The notes below the pieces were generated by a model that searched no databases, had not been told where the DNA came from, and was given only the letters and a program-made list of their open reading frames with translations. A stretch of DNA of 64,000 nucleotides from NCBI RefSeq assembly GCF_018977255.1, contig NW_024704743.1, positions 91,204,001-91,268,000 on the forward strand, in the 5' to 3' direction. Position numbers and translations under genes: made by a program. Shown here one piece after another: positions 50,378-64,000 of the stretch (position 1 is its first letter; each line of letters begins with the position of its first letter). The stretch comes from Callorhinchus milii (Eukaryota).

Positions 50378-52061
50378 CTGAAAAAAATCATCAAATAAAT
50401 CAAATAAACTTTAAATCCAGGGTCTTCTCAAACATTTGCTCCCGAAAACTATGCAAGATGCATATTGCTCCACACTATGTTTGACAATCTGTTGTAACTA
50501 AATAAATAAGATTCAGTAGAGCCCCATTTTAATGCAGAAGGTCAATAAAATCCCTTCCCGCGTTATAATTGGAAATGATCGCCAATCAGGGCTTCACATT
50601 CACTGCGCGTGTGCAAAGAAAGATGGCCGGCTCTATTGGCCAAATACAGCATGCGATGATGTGACATTGGCAGCAAACTGATGATCTGGAGGTTAATCAT
50701 TTGGCTTCCCATACACTAGCATGTGTGTTGAAGATAGAGTCAACACGTACAATTCGATTTTTTGGCTAAGAAAATGTTGGGGTCCACTGACCAATCACAA
50801 AGCAAACTTGTGTTTCAACAAAGTGCACTATACTGTGTATTTCAGAATTGTTCTTTAAACATCTGACTTTAATTATCAATAAATACAAGGACACAGAAAC
50901 CACTCTAACTTTCTGTATATTTCAACTTGCGGTCTCTGTGAAATTACAGCAAAAAAAATATTTTTAGAGCAATGTATACCTGTTAGATTTAATTAACAGA
51001 TCAACCGATTCTTTTCAACTTACCTGCAAAATAATTTAGTCCTTTGCTACTGAAGAATTTCATAAATTACATTTATTAAGAATAATTTGAACTGTTCCTT
51101 ATGCAGTCATACAATCTGTATACTATGTTGTTTTGTTGTCAATATAAACAGGGAGAAAAAAGCGTTGTAAAGAGGTTAATGTATTAACAATTTGAGGGAA
51201 TCTGCCTCTTGGTTTACTCAAAACTTGGTCTTGCTATTGGGAGCATAAACAGCTTCTATATTCACGAAAGGCTTAATATCAAAAGATTGAAATATTTCAA
51301 GAAAATATTCTGAACATATTCCACTCAATAGAAATTAAAGTTATGCTACAGAGCACAATTCATAAAATTCTCAGCGGTCGCTGATAAATTGTACATTACC
51401 AAGTTTGCAATGATCAAAAAACAAAAGCGAGAAAGAAAATTACAATTTCCTCTTCTTGCAAGAATAAGCTTATATCTCCTCCAAACAGCACTTTCTTTAG
51501 AGCCAAATACAATGCTGTTTGTATCACTAAAGAAAACAAGAAAGGCAGATAAGCTCATTATTAATGTTTGGAATTAGGGATACAAAATGAAAAAGCATGT
51601 GATGAACTGACAGGGCGGTTTGGATACTAAACCGAGCGGATTAAAAGAAACCTCTAAATTACAGGAGCAGCAACTAACGAGAACATTGGAGAATTACTGT
51701 TTGCCTCCTGCCAGAACACTAAGATACTGCCAATAAATCAAATTGAGATGGTTCATTCCTGCTACTTTTCATCCATACAAACATTTGTCTCAACAGGGAC
51801 AGCTGATAGATGACAGAATGAGATTGACTGAGATTTACAATTTCAACTCTTACTTTCTCCCTGTCCTTTTTTATTGTTCCCTCTGTAGATAAAGAACTCA
51901 ACGCTGTTATTTCAAAAGATTTAAACTGCTATGCAATCGAGCTGATCTGCATTTTATGCAGCTTGCGATTTTAAAAGCAATTGAAAATCAACCCAACAAA
52001 GCAAATAGATGAAAAGATGGGTTGCTATCTACTGCAGAAAACATTGAAAGGTTAATAATGA

Positions 52062-52368
52062 TAATAATAATAATCCTTGCATTTGATATAGCACTTTTCA
52101 CGTCTTCTAGACGTCCCAAAGCGCTTCACAGAATATAGTGTAAAGTGAATTGACTATATATTTGTGGGTGAACGCGGCAGCCAATTGCGCACAGCAGTGT
52201 CCCACAAACAGTCGTAGATTGAAAATGACCAATTTATTATTGTTTTGGGTTTTGGAGGGATTATTATTAGGGGTGTGGAGTAAGGAAACTTGCCCAAGGT
52301 TTCGCCCTGCCTGGAATTGAACTCAGGTCTCTCGCTTGCAAAGCGAGTGCTCTAACCACTGAGCTACA
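52062..52368 (-). mobile_element. tRNA-derived Deu-SINE (young)
   Basis: Intact A/B boxes, Deu core, (ATT)n tail. Confidence 0.9.
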
Positions 52369-53749
52369 TTGGTTAAGCATTCACCAAGTTAAAGTCAAAG
52401 AAAATCTTCAAGAAAAAATATTTTCCATAGATATCCACAATACAGAATAAATCCATTCAGCCCATCGTGTCTGTGTCAGCTTTCTTCCTTAGCAAGGGAG
52501 TTGAGAAGGAGATCACTGTAGTAACCACAGACAAGTCACGCAGTCTTGTGAACTCCACTCTGAAAATAGATCACATCAGAGCAAAGTTCCTGCGAGTCAG
52601 GTTGAAGCACTTTCCGTTTCTTTATTAAAGAATTCCATTAGGTCTTCCTATATTAAATTGAATTGGTATCACAAAAAAATTCCACTGTCCCAAAATTTCT
52701 GCAGGAACACATTAGCCAGAGATATCCACTTTGACTCAGATTGTTTGAATCCCATGAAAAGACAGCTTATTTTCTGTATTTTGCTAGTGGGATTCATACA
52801 ATTATAATTCTGGTATCAGCTTTGTAATAATAATCCTTGTATTTGATATAGCGTCTTATCAAGTCTTCGAGGTGTCTCGCAGCACTTCACAGAATATACA
52901 GTAAAGTGAATTGACTGTATATTTTGTGGGCGAATATTGGCGGCCAATTGCGCACAGCAGTGTCCCACAAACAGTTGTGGATTGAGTGACCACATTTTTT
53001 TAAAGGGATTAATTACACTCAGCCAAAAATTCCAGCTCACAGGACTAGATCTCCCCCACCCCCAATTAGTCTGGCTAGCTGGGTTTTAAAGTGTATTTGT
53101 ACTATGTAAAAACCTTATTATTTACATCATTCATTTATTTTGGATCTGACCATACTTTTGTTGAGTGCCTGTGTAGTAGAGGAACAAATCAAATATTGGC
53201 CATTCACTTCATGGCTGTTTGTGGAAAATTGATGTGTGCAAATTGGCTACCACATTCGTCTTCAAAATAATACAATCAATACACTGTACAGTAAATCCTA
53301 CCGACACTTTAAGATGTTTTGACGACGTGATAAGGTGGTATGTCAAATGCTGGTATTATTTGTTATTATATTTTGTTCTCTCTGGCCTCTGTTCCCTAAA
53401 GTGATGAATCAAAACTACAGAATATCAATGTGATCATCCACTATTAAACCCTGGGCAGTTGATATCATCAATTATATTTTTAAGGTTGTTGCAGTATAGG
53501 AGAATTTGATTACCTGTCAATTGTGCTTAAATCAACAACAACAACAAAATTACATTTGTATAGCACTTTTCATGTCAGGAGGATGCCCCAAGGCGCTGAT
53601 AACATGATAGTTCCCAAAACTTTTTTTCTTAAAGGATAAAAATGACAACATTAACAAACATTGCTGGATACCAGTGATGCATATATATTTTATTGTGAGA
53701 AAATAATTCCTCTAATCGCCAGGCCACCCTGAGGCTTGTTAATTGTACT

Positions 53750-54460
53750 TCTGTCATGTAGGTTTGCATGTGTAGCCTGTGTTAAACAGCTCCCATTCAT
53801 TATCTTTGCCTTCCAGCAAATAAAAGACCAGAATTAAACCTCCTTTCAATTTATTTTTATCCAAAAAACATAAGAGCTCTAAATCCCTGGAAACACTGTC
53901 GTTGCTCTTCTCTGTGCTGCCTCCAATACATCAATGCTGTTTGGAAGGCAGGCCCAATAATTGCACATGATATTTCAAATGTGGCTTTCACAATGATCAG
54001 TGCAAGATTAAAATAACGTTTTTTGGCTCAAAACCAAATGCCCTGAAAAAGCATTCCATGTGATTGATCTTATTGCTAACAGGCTCAGATTGAGTGGAAA
54101 CTTTCAATGAATAGTGAACAATTAGAACCAAATCCTATTTATTTTCTCCCTTTGCTTTGCAATGTTTTTTCACTGTATAAACATTGTTTGTGTATTTTAT
54201 TTTAATATGTCTTTGCTTATGTTTATTTACATTAAAATTCATCTGACATTTCTTGGCTCATCTGTTTAACTGCTTCAAATCCCTTTGAGTTTTGATCCAA
54301 ATCCTTTTGAATTATGTCAATATCTCTCACATTTATCACCTGGCTATGTAGCTTAACAGCATCAGAAATTGTTATATTATAAAATCTATTCTTCTCCATC
54401 AGTTATAAACAATGGACATACCAGAACAGATGCCCATGGGACTCCACTAATTGCCTTTTT
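53750..54460 (-). mobile_element. Old CR1-like RT remnant
   Basis: Minus-strand agtggagtcccatgggcatctgttctgg (SGVP.GSVLG-like) and downstream CR1-like blocks. Confidence 0.5.
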
Positions 54461-55624
54461 CTGCACTTTGAATTCCTGAAACATTCTGGGAAATCATTTG
54501 AATTTCCAATTAGTTATGAAATTGCTTGACGAATAATTGCGACAATTTCAATGCAGCAATACAATCAGGGGTGTAGATAATACTAGAAACCACAAAAACA
54601 AAGTCGTCTGAACTATTGGCAATACAGAATGTTACAGCACAGAAACAGACCAGTTGGGCACTGGTATTTTTCTCCAAGATTCACCTGATTTTATGCCACT
54701 CTCCCTTCTCCTCCCCCCCACCCTCCCCTACACACATACTACAGCTGGCTCCAAGATGAAATGTTTGAAAATGGATGTTGGAATCAAATCAACCCTCTGT
54801 GCCAAACTTGGTAATATGGTTCCTAAGCCAGGCTAGTCTGAGTACTCCAGGGCACTGCTGACGACAACAGTCAGCAGGCTCGTAGGCACAACTTAGATGA
54901 GCAGATGGGGGCACGGAGATTTTCCACTCAGATCCTGATAACCTTGCAAGCCAAAGCCCTAATGGGTAGGGTGGTCCCAGCTGGACAAGCAGTTTACCAG
55001 ACAGTGCCGTCAATGGCAAGCTATGCAATTTTAGCTGGTTTGATTTCAAGAGAAAACCAAATGCACACTCTGCGGTTCCCAAAGTTTTGGCTTTTGACAA
55101 CCTGCAGCTAATTCGCTACAGAATTAGATAAGCAGGGTGAATTCCCTCCAGGGAAGGTGCATGCATTCCATTGCACACTCAGGGAAGTTTCCATGTGTAG
55201 GTGTTTGATCCCCAGCCATTTCCTGTCCTCACCCAATGCCTGCATACATACACTCCAATAGGGGGCATTTCATAGGAAGAAATGAAAACCTTGGCCAATT
55301 TTTCCCAGCCAAGCACAGACAAGAGATCAAATCTGGGACTTTGTGTTGTAGGCTCAGTCTCACAATAGATATTGGATTGGGTCATTCACACATCTGGGAA
55401 AGGTTCGAGATTGACACTCCAGTGCAGTACTGGGTGATCGTTGCATTGATAGAGATGTGGTCTTTGCTTGAGATATTAAACCAAGATTTTGTCCACCTGT
55501 CTTCAGACTTATTAATGATCTCATGACACCATTCGAAGAGGTGCATGTTTCTGACCAATATCCCTCCAGATGAAATAATCATTATCCTCACGGTTGTTTT
55601 ACACTTTGCACTGTGTACCAACAT

Positions 55625-55930
55625 GACCACTCCCTCTGCTCAATGGGCTCCGACCTGCTTCACGTTCCCCGCCTCACCCGCCCGACCATTGACTGGTGGG
55701 CCTTCCTCCACTCTGCCTCCACCCTCTGGCACTCCATCCCACAGTTCCTCTGCCTCAACCCCTCCCTTACCTCCTCTTCGACAGTGTCTTCGGTCATCCT
55801 CCTTCCCTAGCTGCCCTCCACCCTCCCCGATCCCGACCCCCAGCTTTGGTCCGAAACACTGATTGTCCAGCGCCTTGGGACGTCCTCCTGATGTGAAAGG
55901 CACTATACAAATGTAATTTTGTTGTTGTTG
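55625..55930 (+). mobile_element. L2 3' fragment
   Basis: L2 tail with (TTG)n. Confidence 0.88.
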
Positions 55931-58104
55931 TGCGCAAGCTGGCTGGCACATTTGCCTCCGAAAGAGTCATTAAATGTGACATAATGTAATAAATTATAAT
56001 TAAGCATTTTGAGTTGCTCTGACATTTCATGCCTTCTTTTATTTACGAGAAGGCTCTTAGATACACTAACTGTAGTTGCTTAGTTTACCAACCAATTATA
56101 ATTATACCACATTACCAGACAACTGTATTTAGCACATAACTTGTTTTTCAGCTCTGCCTGGTCCCAAATTATATTTGAGAGGCTGACGAAGATCAATGAC
56201 CTCAAACGTAAGATTCTTCCAAATCATAGTGATTAGAGTGCCTTCATCCACTTTCTAAATCAGCTCATTTCCATTTAAAAGCCTACAATTATACAGAAGA
56301 TATTTATGTGAATACATAAAAGCACTGTGACCTTTACAGATTTTGCAGAACCAACTATCTTTTCAAGTTGGTTTTGTATGCTAATGAAAGCTTGTTTACA
56401 TAGTAGGCTGGTATATATACTGTAAGCAAAGCTGCCCTCTTATGAATTAAATTGCAGTAACTAAAAAGTGATGATGCAAGGCATACATCATTTATCAGTG
56501 AAACCTACACAAATATTATAACAATCATTGGATATTGTTCTGTATTTGACATAAAAAGAACTCCAAATATTAATCAGATTGATCCAGAAAACACTAAATA
56601 ATCAGTAAGAACTCATTTATTTTTCCTTTTTGAATCAATAAAATAATACAATTTGCAGGCAGTGAGAATATTGAGTAAAATAACTTGTCAGGCAGTCCAG
56701 GTGAGGCAAACTTCACAATTCAGTCACCTAATTGCTTTGTACAACACTCTTACAATTTATTTTAATGGGTATCAGCTTGCATTGCACATCATTCAGGTTG
56801 AACACTCATTACGCATGTGTCTATAATTCGTAATTGCTTTATTTCTATTGTTAACTATAATATTAGTTAACATTTTCATGGTAACAATAGGCATCGCTAG
56901 TTACTGCACTTTACAAATTTTTACACAGATTGAACACAGAACATTCTGTTAATCAGTTGTAAAATACACCATTAATACTGCGTTAGTCATCAATACAGTA
57001 CATATTGATGAGCAGTGAATATTATGGATTTTAATAGATTAACACTCGAGTGCAATACTGTGGGCATTGGCGGAAGTGTTTATCTTTTGGATGGGATATT
57101 AAATCAAGGTCTTGTCTACCCAATCAAGTTGATGTTAAAGATCCTGTGGCACTATTCAGAAAGAGAAGTGAGTTTCTCTGGGTTTCAAAAAGAACAAATT
57201 GCATTTGTATTGCGGCTTTCACATTAGGAGGAAGTCCCAAGGTACTGGACTATCAAGGTGCCAATGTACTCGAGCTGCAGGTTGGAATCAAGAGGGGTGG
57301 AGGTCCAGGTGGGTGGGAGGATAACCAAAGGCATGGTCAAAGAGGACTGTGAAGGAGGCCAAGGAGGGGGCTAGGCAAAGGTATTCCGGGACTGAGTTCC
57401 GGGTGATGGGGGCAGAGTGGCTGAAGGCTCGATCATTGATGGTAGGGCAGGCAGGGCGGAGTCATGGAGCAGGCCAATTAACAATCCACCAAATGAAATT
57501 GGTCATTCATTGCATAGTGTTTGTGGTACTTGGCTGTGAACAAACTGGCTTCCGTGTTCAACTATAACTACACAGTCACTACACTTTACAGTAAACTGTG
57601 TAGTGCTTTCAGATGTTTTGATAATATTTAAGGCCTTTGGTAACATGCCTTACAAGAAATGTGCAACTGAAGTCAAGACTAAATAAGATTTTAAAAAATG
57701 ACTAATAATCAGAAACAAAAAATAATAATCAATGTCCCAATTGATTAAAATTAGTTGTGGGAAATTTGCTTTTCAAAATGCTCAAATTATTTAGAGAATT
57801 CAATTCCGAAATTTGCAGATGAGGGAAATGGTATTCAGAAAATTAATGCAATTGAGTGGAAGTGGATAAAATTGAGAGATCTTCAAATATTCTACCGGGG
57901 AGAGAATACATGAATTAAAAAAACACCATTCTAGTAATGCACTACTTATCTAAAATAAATCTGCCACAACTAATTAAACAATGCTTTGCATCAATAATAC
58001 ATCGGATGATGACTTTACTTAACTTGAAGTAATCAGAACGGGGTTATTAAGATGCAATGTACTTATAAGTTTCCGAACAGAAACATTAAACACCATTTAA
58101 GTAC

Positions 58105-58253
58105 CTGTCAGTAGTGTGTACAGCTATGTCACGAACATCCTGTTTCTCATTTACTTGATTTTGCAAAGATTTTATGTGCTCCATTAATGGTTTCACTGCC
58201 TGCTCAGCCTTCCATCTCTTCTCTCGTTCAAGATCCAACTCTTGAATAAGTGC
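58105..58253 (-). CDS. LRRCC1: LRRCC1 exon (ALIQELDLEREKRWKAEQA...HTTDR)
   Basis: cag|GCA ... AG|gtac, 149 nt; EREKRWxAEQA motif. Confidence 0.93.
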
Positions 58254-58374
58254 CTGGAAACAAATATACTTACTGTATTTATATTGACAGATTTGCAATT
58301 AGAAAGATTGATGTTGGTTAAACAAGTGTAAAACAACAATAATGAAGAAAATATGTTTTAATATAAAATAATAA

Positions 58375-58630
58375 TATAATCATTTGATATAGCGCTTTAT
58401 CCCATCGTTGAGACGTCTCAAAGCGTTTTACAGAATATTTTGAAGGCGAAATATGGCAGCCAATTGTGCACAGAAGTGTCTCTCAAACAATCATGGATTG
58501 AATGACCAAATTATTATTATATATATATTTTTAAGGGATTATTACCTCCGGAAATGCGATCCACCAATCTACTAACAACCGGGTTCTTATTCACTGCTAG
58601 GTAAACAGAGGCATTAGGAGCAAGGAAACA
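58375..58630 (-). mobile_element. Deu-SINE fragment
   Basis: Shares the aacccggttgttagt and Deu core/tail blocks. Confidence 0.8.
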
Positions 58631-58898
58631 ACATTCCTACTCCAGTAATATCAGCAACCACTATTTTTATTTAATTATTCAAACATTTAAGAGATCTCTT
58701 TTATTTGGCTCAATATTTCATGAGAGTAAACTTCAATACAATTCTGAACATTTAAAAACAAGTGCCTCCAATTCTTCATCATTATTATACATCCATATGC
58801 ATATATACACACACAGATATAAATAGAGGGAGAAAGAGGGAGCAACAATTAGTGAATTGATATTTAATATAAAACAAATTTTGTTTCTCTCTCCTTAC

Positions 58899-59076
58899 CC
58901 TATATGTAGACTCTTCAGCTACATTGGTTTTCTTGCTGTCCTGTGTTCCTTGTTCAATTGTTTGTGATGTGGACGATTTTCGAGATCCTATGGATGAACT
59001 GCCAGACAAATCTTCTCTTCTGGTGGGTTGAGTATTTGAAGATTTCAATTTCCTTCCACGAGGTTGTTCATGGTCA
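58899..59076 (-). CDS. LRRCC1: LRRCC1 exon (DHEQPRGRKLKSS...VAEESTYR)
   Basis: ttttccccag|T acceptor, AGG|gtaagg donor, 178 nt; low-complexity, so the acceptor is less certain. Confidence 0.75.
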
Positions 59077-61929
59077 CTGGGGAAAAAATAATTGTCACAT
59101 ATTGAGGAGTTTTTGCTGTGAGATGGACCTGTTTAAGCTCTGACCCTATTTGTAGTGATGGTCAGTGACTCCAGACACATCTGATATAGTGGACAGTGAT
59201 ACAGTGTAAGCTTATACCATGTCACAATTCATAATAGCTTTTTAAAAGGGATTTAGACAAATACAGTATTTGACAAAGAGAAACATTAAACAATATATGT
59301 AAAGGACAAGGTTTAGAACAAAATGGATAGCTCATTCAGAGTGCCACCAGAGCCACAACAAGCTGAATGGTTCATTCTGTCCTGAAAAATTCTATGATTA
59401 CATTGCGTGTTCCTTATAATCTACAATATATAGTCAAAACCTCGGATATAAATCTAGGATGAAAAGAATGAGACTTGCAATGGAAGATAGCAGGAATTAA
59501 CTCGGATATTTACCAACAAAATGGCTTTTATTAAAAATAAAATCTGATATAGGGATCAGATATCACTCTATGTAATTCTATTGATTTTATATTTCATGGC
59601 TGGGTGATAGAGCTCTCTGGACTTAGTGCCAAGAATGAACAGGCCACTAAGGCTTTTGCTACTTGAAATTGCAGAAGTATAAGAATGAGTAATTTTTTTT
59701 CGATCTCTTATCGAGACACCTCACTGTGCTTCCAACAAACCCAATGATAAGCTACAGTAAATGTGCGGGTATGAGAGGGCAGTGAAGTCACAGGATGAGG
59801 TGGAGCTTTTTGGTTCCAATCCATTTGTCTATGCTGTGCACAAATCATATTTAATATACAATTTACAGTAACAATTAGTAATATTTTCACATTTTTTCTC
59901 TTAATTTTCTATCAGGATTAGTTCACCCCTCTTCCAAGCTGAAGAATAAATAATAGGATAAATAAAATAAAAGGATATAATTAGATAAATAGAGATGTTA
60001 TCTTTAACCAACAGATTTGCTTAAACAAATACTGTAATCGCAAGTCTGACTTTCAATTTCTCCTGTGAATGATATCTGCAAGTACAGCAATTTGGGAGAC
60101 CTGAGTATTCCATTTATTGTTAAAAGTTTGAATAATTGATGAAATCCTTGGTTAATGCAAGAGTTTTATTTGTATCGTTTCCTTTAAAAAAATGTAAGCG
60201 ATGTTTTATATTGCAAATTACACTAACACAAAAAAAGTAATTGCATATTGATTTATGCCTGGCTGAGGTTGCAAATTCTATTTATTAACCAGAAATCAAT
60301 CCATTGATCAGTTAATGCAGTGTGATACTCATTTGGGAGGAAGCTTGTATTGCAGAATTAATATTCAAACCAATCTCCAAATACTTGCCGTCTCAGCAAA
60401 TCCATTCAACGTGCATTGTATGAATCCCATCAGAAATATTTAGGAACTGAATGGTGAGCAGCTAGGACAAGTTCTTTCATCTGAAATCCTTGCAGTTAAG
60501 ATCTGTTCATTATCTTTTATGTAGATGCTAATTATACAAAGTTATTAAAATGCAAAGTTATAAACTTGTCAGAAATACTTATCGCAGCTCAATATAAAGC
60601 TGACAGAAAGTAATTTTCTTATACTGTCCAAGACTTCAGTGCATTTTGAGTCATTACATTTTGTGGGAAATGCAATTGCATTAAAGCTGATAATGGTTAC
60701 ATTTAACTAGGTCGGAAGTCCTCAGCCCCTCACATTTCAAGTTTTTCTCTTGTGTGTGTATAATGTGTGTATAAATATGTATGTATATTATATATACATA
60801 CACATAGTGGTTCGTAAGTAAAGGACTGATGATGAGAACTACGGATGTCTAGACAAGGTAAGCATCATCAAACTATTATCCTTATCCTCAAGAAGGTATT
60901 TAAAAGCCTGCTTCAGAATTTGAATGCCCCTATGCCCTTTGGATGTTGTTCCCCTTTGTGCTTAGGCTGTCAGAATCTTGAAAATCTAAATGCAATTTTT
61001 TTCCTGTGATATATCTGTTTTTTAATCAAGGTGGAATTTTTTCATCATCAGTTGACATCAGTTTCTAACCCCCAATACAACCAAAACACTGCAATGCCTT
61101 TGCCACCTTGAGCTAGATTTCTCCAATGCTTTCATGGCCACTCTTCCTAGCTCCATCCTCTCAAGCTTAAACTCACACAGAACTTCACAGTCCATAATCT
61201 TGCACAGGATGCTCCATATCTCACATTATCCTTCATCCTCAACAACAACAAAAATACATTTTTATAGCTCTTTTCATGTCAGGGGGACATCACGAGGCAC
61301 TGCCCCAATTCTCACCAGGCTCCCACAGTAAATTCCACTAATGTGGAACTAGGAGTGTGCAGGGAGAAACAAAATCCAGAAAATAAACCTTCTTAGAGGG
61401 TGTAGAATACATTTTTTGCTAGAGGTGAAATAGACTGCAATAGGGGCATTTAATACGGACACATATGGGAAAGATATTGTGTATGGGGGAAGAGCAGAAA
61501 ATTGAAATCAGGATAAATAGTTCCATTGGAGAAGCAAACATTAATATGATGGGTTGAATAATGTCTTGCTGTGTTGTAGATTTCAATGGTTCTATTGAAG
61601 TTTCCTATCTCGTCATGAACAAAAATGCAAAATAAGCCAGTAGTTGACCCATCTAGCTTAATCAGTGTCTGAAGCTAAATTGTGCTGCATTCATTCCAAA
61701 TAAAGTTGATAACACTTTCCAATGATAGTTATTTTAATGATGGAATTTAAGATTGTGCATTTCATCATAGAAAATAATCATATTTTTATCAAGACCTGTA
61801 AAGACTTGCCCCTAATATGTCTCAATGATTCACTGAATATGATATTCAGTTTAAATTCAGTTTTCAAAGAATTCAAAATGATCTTTGACTCAATTTATTT
61901 AACAAAATAAAATAATGGAAAATGCCACC

Positions 61930-62485
61930 TTTTTTAAGTCAGCCGGGTGTCTGACACATGCTTAAGTATTCAAACCAAACTGAGAATTCTATGCATCCCA
62001 CCTACACATGGAAATCCCAGAGATAAATTGTTGGAATGGAATGCACACTCTCACCCTGGAGGGACACATCCTGCTTACCTAATTCTGGAAATTATTAGGC
62101 ACAGGTTGGCAGCCAAAGCTTGGGGAACGCAGAGTGTCCGTTGAGGTACTGCTGGAATCTAACCAGCTAAAAATTCAGAGCTTGCATTGATATCACTGTC
62201 TGGCAAGATTTCCCCTGCTTGTGCAGCTAGGACCACCCTATCCATTAGGGCTTTGGCTTGCAGGGTTAACAGGAGCTGAGTGGGATGACTCCCTGCCCCC
62301 AGTGACTGGTCCTGCTGATAAGCCAGGCTGGCTGTGCTGTCATCAGCAGTGCCCTGGAATACTGTGGAGCCGCACGGCTCAGGGACCGGAATACCAAGAT
62401 CACACTAGAGAGTGGGCTGGATTCTGACATTCCTTTGCCAAGCTTGTCACCTTGGAGCCAGTTCAAGCTCCAAGGAGACTCTGGT
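61930..62485 (+). repeat. Unclassified dispersed repeat (related copies at ~45280-45720 + and ~54800-55170 -)
   Basis: Shared blocks cagggttaacaggagctgag, ccccagtgact, ccattagggctttggcttgca, ccttggagc..gctccaaggagact. Confidence 0.7.
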
Positions 62486-64000
62486 TATTTAAAAAAAATA
62501 ACTAGCAAAAAAAGGGATCTCGTTATGTCTGCATAAGTTTGGCAAAAATGCTAAATGTAAATTGGAACTAGTGAGAACGTTTACTAAATTAGCAAGTTCC
62601 CCCACAGGTGTGGTGGTGGGGAAGAGAGAAATCAGTTTCCTCTCATGCACCTTTTAGCTACTGTTTTATTTGCATCATTGACACAAACCTGAAAGTGTTT
62701 TTTTGCTAATCTCTTTGGTTGAGGACTGTTGGGTGCAGATGGTATTTTCTTAAAGAGGATCCAGATTGGGTAAGTTAAAAGACATTCTGTTAATTATTTA
62801 GAACAATATTCTGTTTGGCTGGGTGTATTCGTTTCCCCAATGAGGCAATAGACATACCACGGCTGGCAAACACAAACTCTGCTGCTAAATTCTCAGGATT
62901 CAAAAATAAGTTTGTTTTAATATTTTGTGCTAATCCCATTATTACCATTTTATATATAAACATATGTACATTTAATTCATTTCTATGGAATGCTGCAGTA
63001 TCTTGTTTTAACAGATACTGCTTACCATCTGTGGTGCACACAGTGTCTCATTGAGGTGTAGAAATATATCTAGAAAGAAATACTGTATATATAGCATACT
63101 TTACAGGCAACGATTCACATAGGTCAAGGCACTGCAGTCGAACCAAATCATGAGAGACTGCAAATTGCATGTCAGGATATTTTACGTAACTTTCCTCTGC
63201 TACTCCAGCTAGAACCACACTACTTGTTTGGGGTTCCTTTACAATATTAGTAAGAGACAAATGGGACGAATGTTGACCTTCAGTGATAGGTCTACATATC
63301 TCAAAGTCTCACTGATGAGACAGACAGGATGATCAATCAGCGACTGTGCCTGGTTCACTCCAGACCTGCCTGGCTCAAGTATTGGATCACTCAGTCAGTC
63401 CACCAGAGTTTATTTAGCTCTGCTCATCCTTCCTTTGGCATTCAACCTCGGAACCAGCTCAATCTCACAGACAGGTCATATATCAATCTAAAACAGCTGC
63501 AAATTTTAAGTGCAATTTTTTAAAAAAAACTGAAAGCTTTATTTTTCCATCCTTTTGAAAGCTTTGCATATTTTGGAGATCTATTACATGAGTTGTATAA
63601 TTCATATATTCATGTTATAGAAGGAATTACACATGCTCTTAACCATGTAATTAACCACCAATGAAGGATATTACAGGCAATTCAAGCATCCTTGAAATCC
63701 ATCTGCTTGTCTTCAGGTGCATGTTAAAGATCCTATGATGCTATTCAAAAAAGAAAAGTGAATTTTTCCTAGTGTGCTGGCCAATAATAACTCCACATTT
63801 ATTTTTTCATTTATTTGATGGTTATTTGCTTCTGCAAATGGTTGCAGTGTTCACCAACAAAGCAGTTACTAAACTTGACATTACTCATTTTGAGATAATT
63901 GTGCATGATCAAGCGCTACACAAATTCTTACATGATGTACACGTACCCTGAAAGTATAACTATAACTATAACATAGAATAATAAAATACAAAATTTAGAA

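Larger units (their letters stand above)
13294..59076 (-). other. LRRCC1: LRRCC1 gene (leucine-rich repeat and coiled-coil centrosomal protein 1), last 12 coding exons
   Basis: Exons splice with consistent phases, except one 1-nt frameshift, into a coiled-coil matching LRRCC1 (ELDxEREKRWKAEQA, EFRVALTIEA, IWGQELAQQGSSLAQxRG, EKLHSMDDAF); synteny with E2F5. Confidence 0.95.

Noticed and set aside
13294..59076. LRRCC1 as a pseudogene
   Set aside because: Only one lesion across 12 exons with intact splice sites; a sequencing error or recent allele is more parsimonious.
62689..62790. Possible further LRRCC1 exon ending CAG|gtttgt
   Set aside because: The required phase-2 frame contains a stop and there is no similarity to LRRCC1; upstream exons probably lie outside the window.
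1..64000. CRISPR arrays, operons or prokaryotic defence systems
   Set aside because: The sequence is intron-rich vertebrate DNA; no regularly spaced repeat-spacer structure is seen.

Overview
Eukaryotic (vertebrate) genomic DNA. The L2/CR1 LINEs and Deu-domain tRNA-SINEs suggest a cartilaginous fish, possibly a chimaera (inference). Two spliced genes lie in tandem on the minus strand, in the same order as the human LRRCC1-E2F5 locus. They are the last 12 coding exons of LRRCC1 (59076->13294; the 5' part lies beyond the window) and the first 5 coding exons of E2F5 (9081->3; the 3' part lies beyond the window), with a CpG-island promoter at about 8.5-9.9 kb. Most ORF-track entries are fragments of decayed L2 reverse-transcriptase sequence or noise. 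I found no convincing novel protein-coding system. The best observations are: (1) SINE copies inside the E2F5 promoter island rewritten by a strongly one-sided AT->GC bias, a gBGC/recombination-hotspot signature that may extend into the E2F5 DNA-binding domain; (2) an inverted copy of a LRRCC1 acceptor plus exon start in the next intron, which could form an editing or splicing hairpin; (3) a 1-nt frameshift in an otherwise intact LRRCC1 exon; (4) an intact AT-AC U12 intron in E2F5; (5) repeated fold-back inverted duplications at LINE junctions. Repeat boundaries are approximate; exon boundaries were read by hand.
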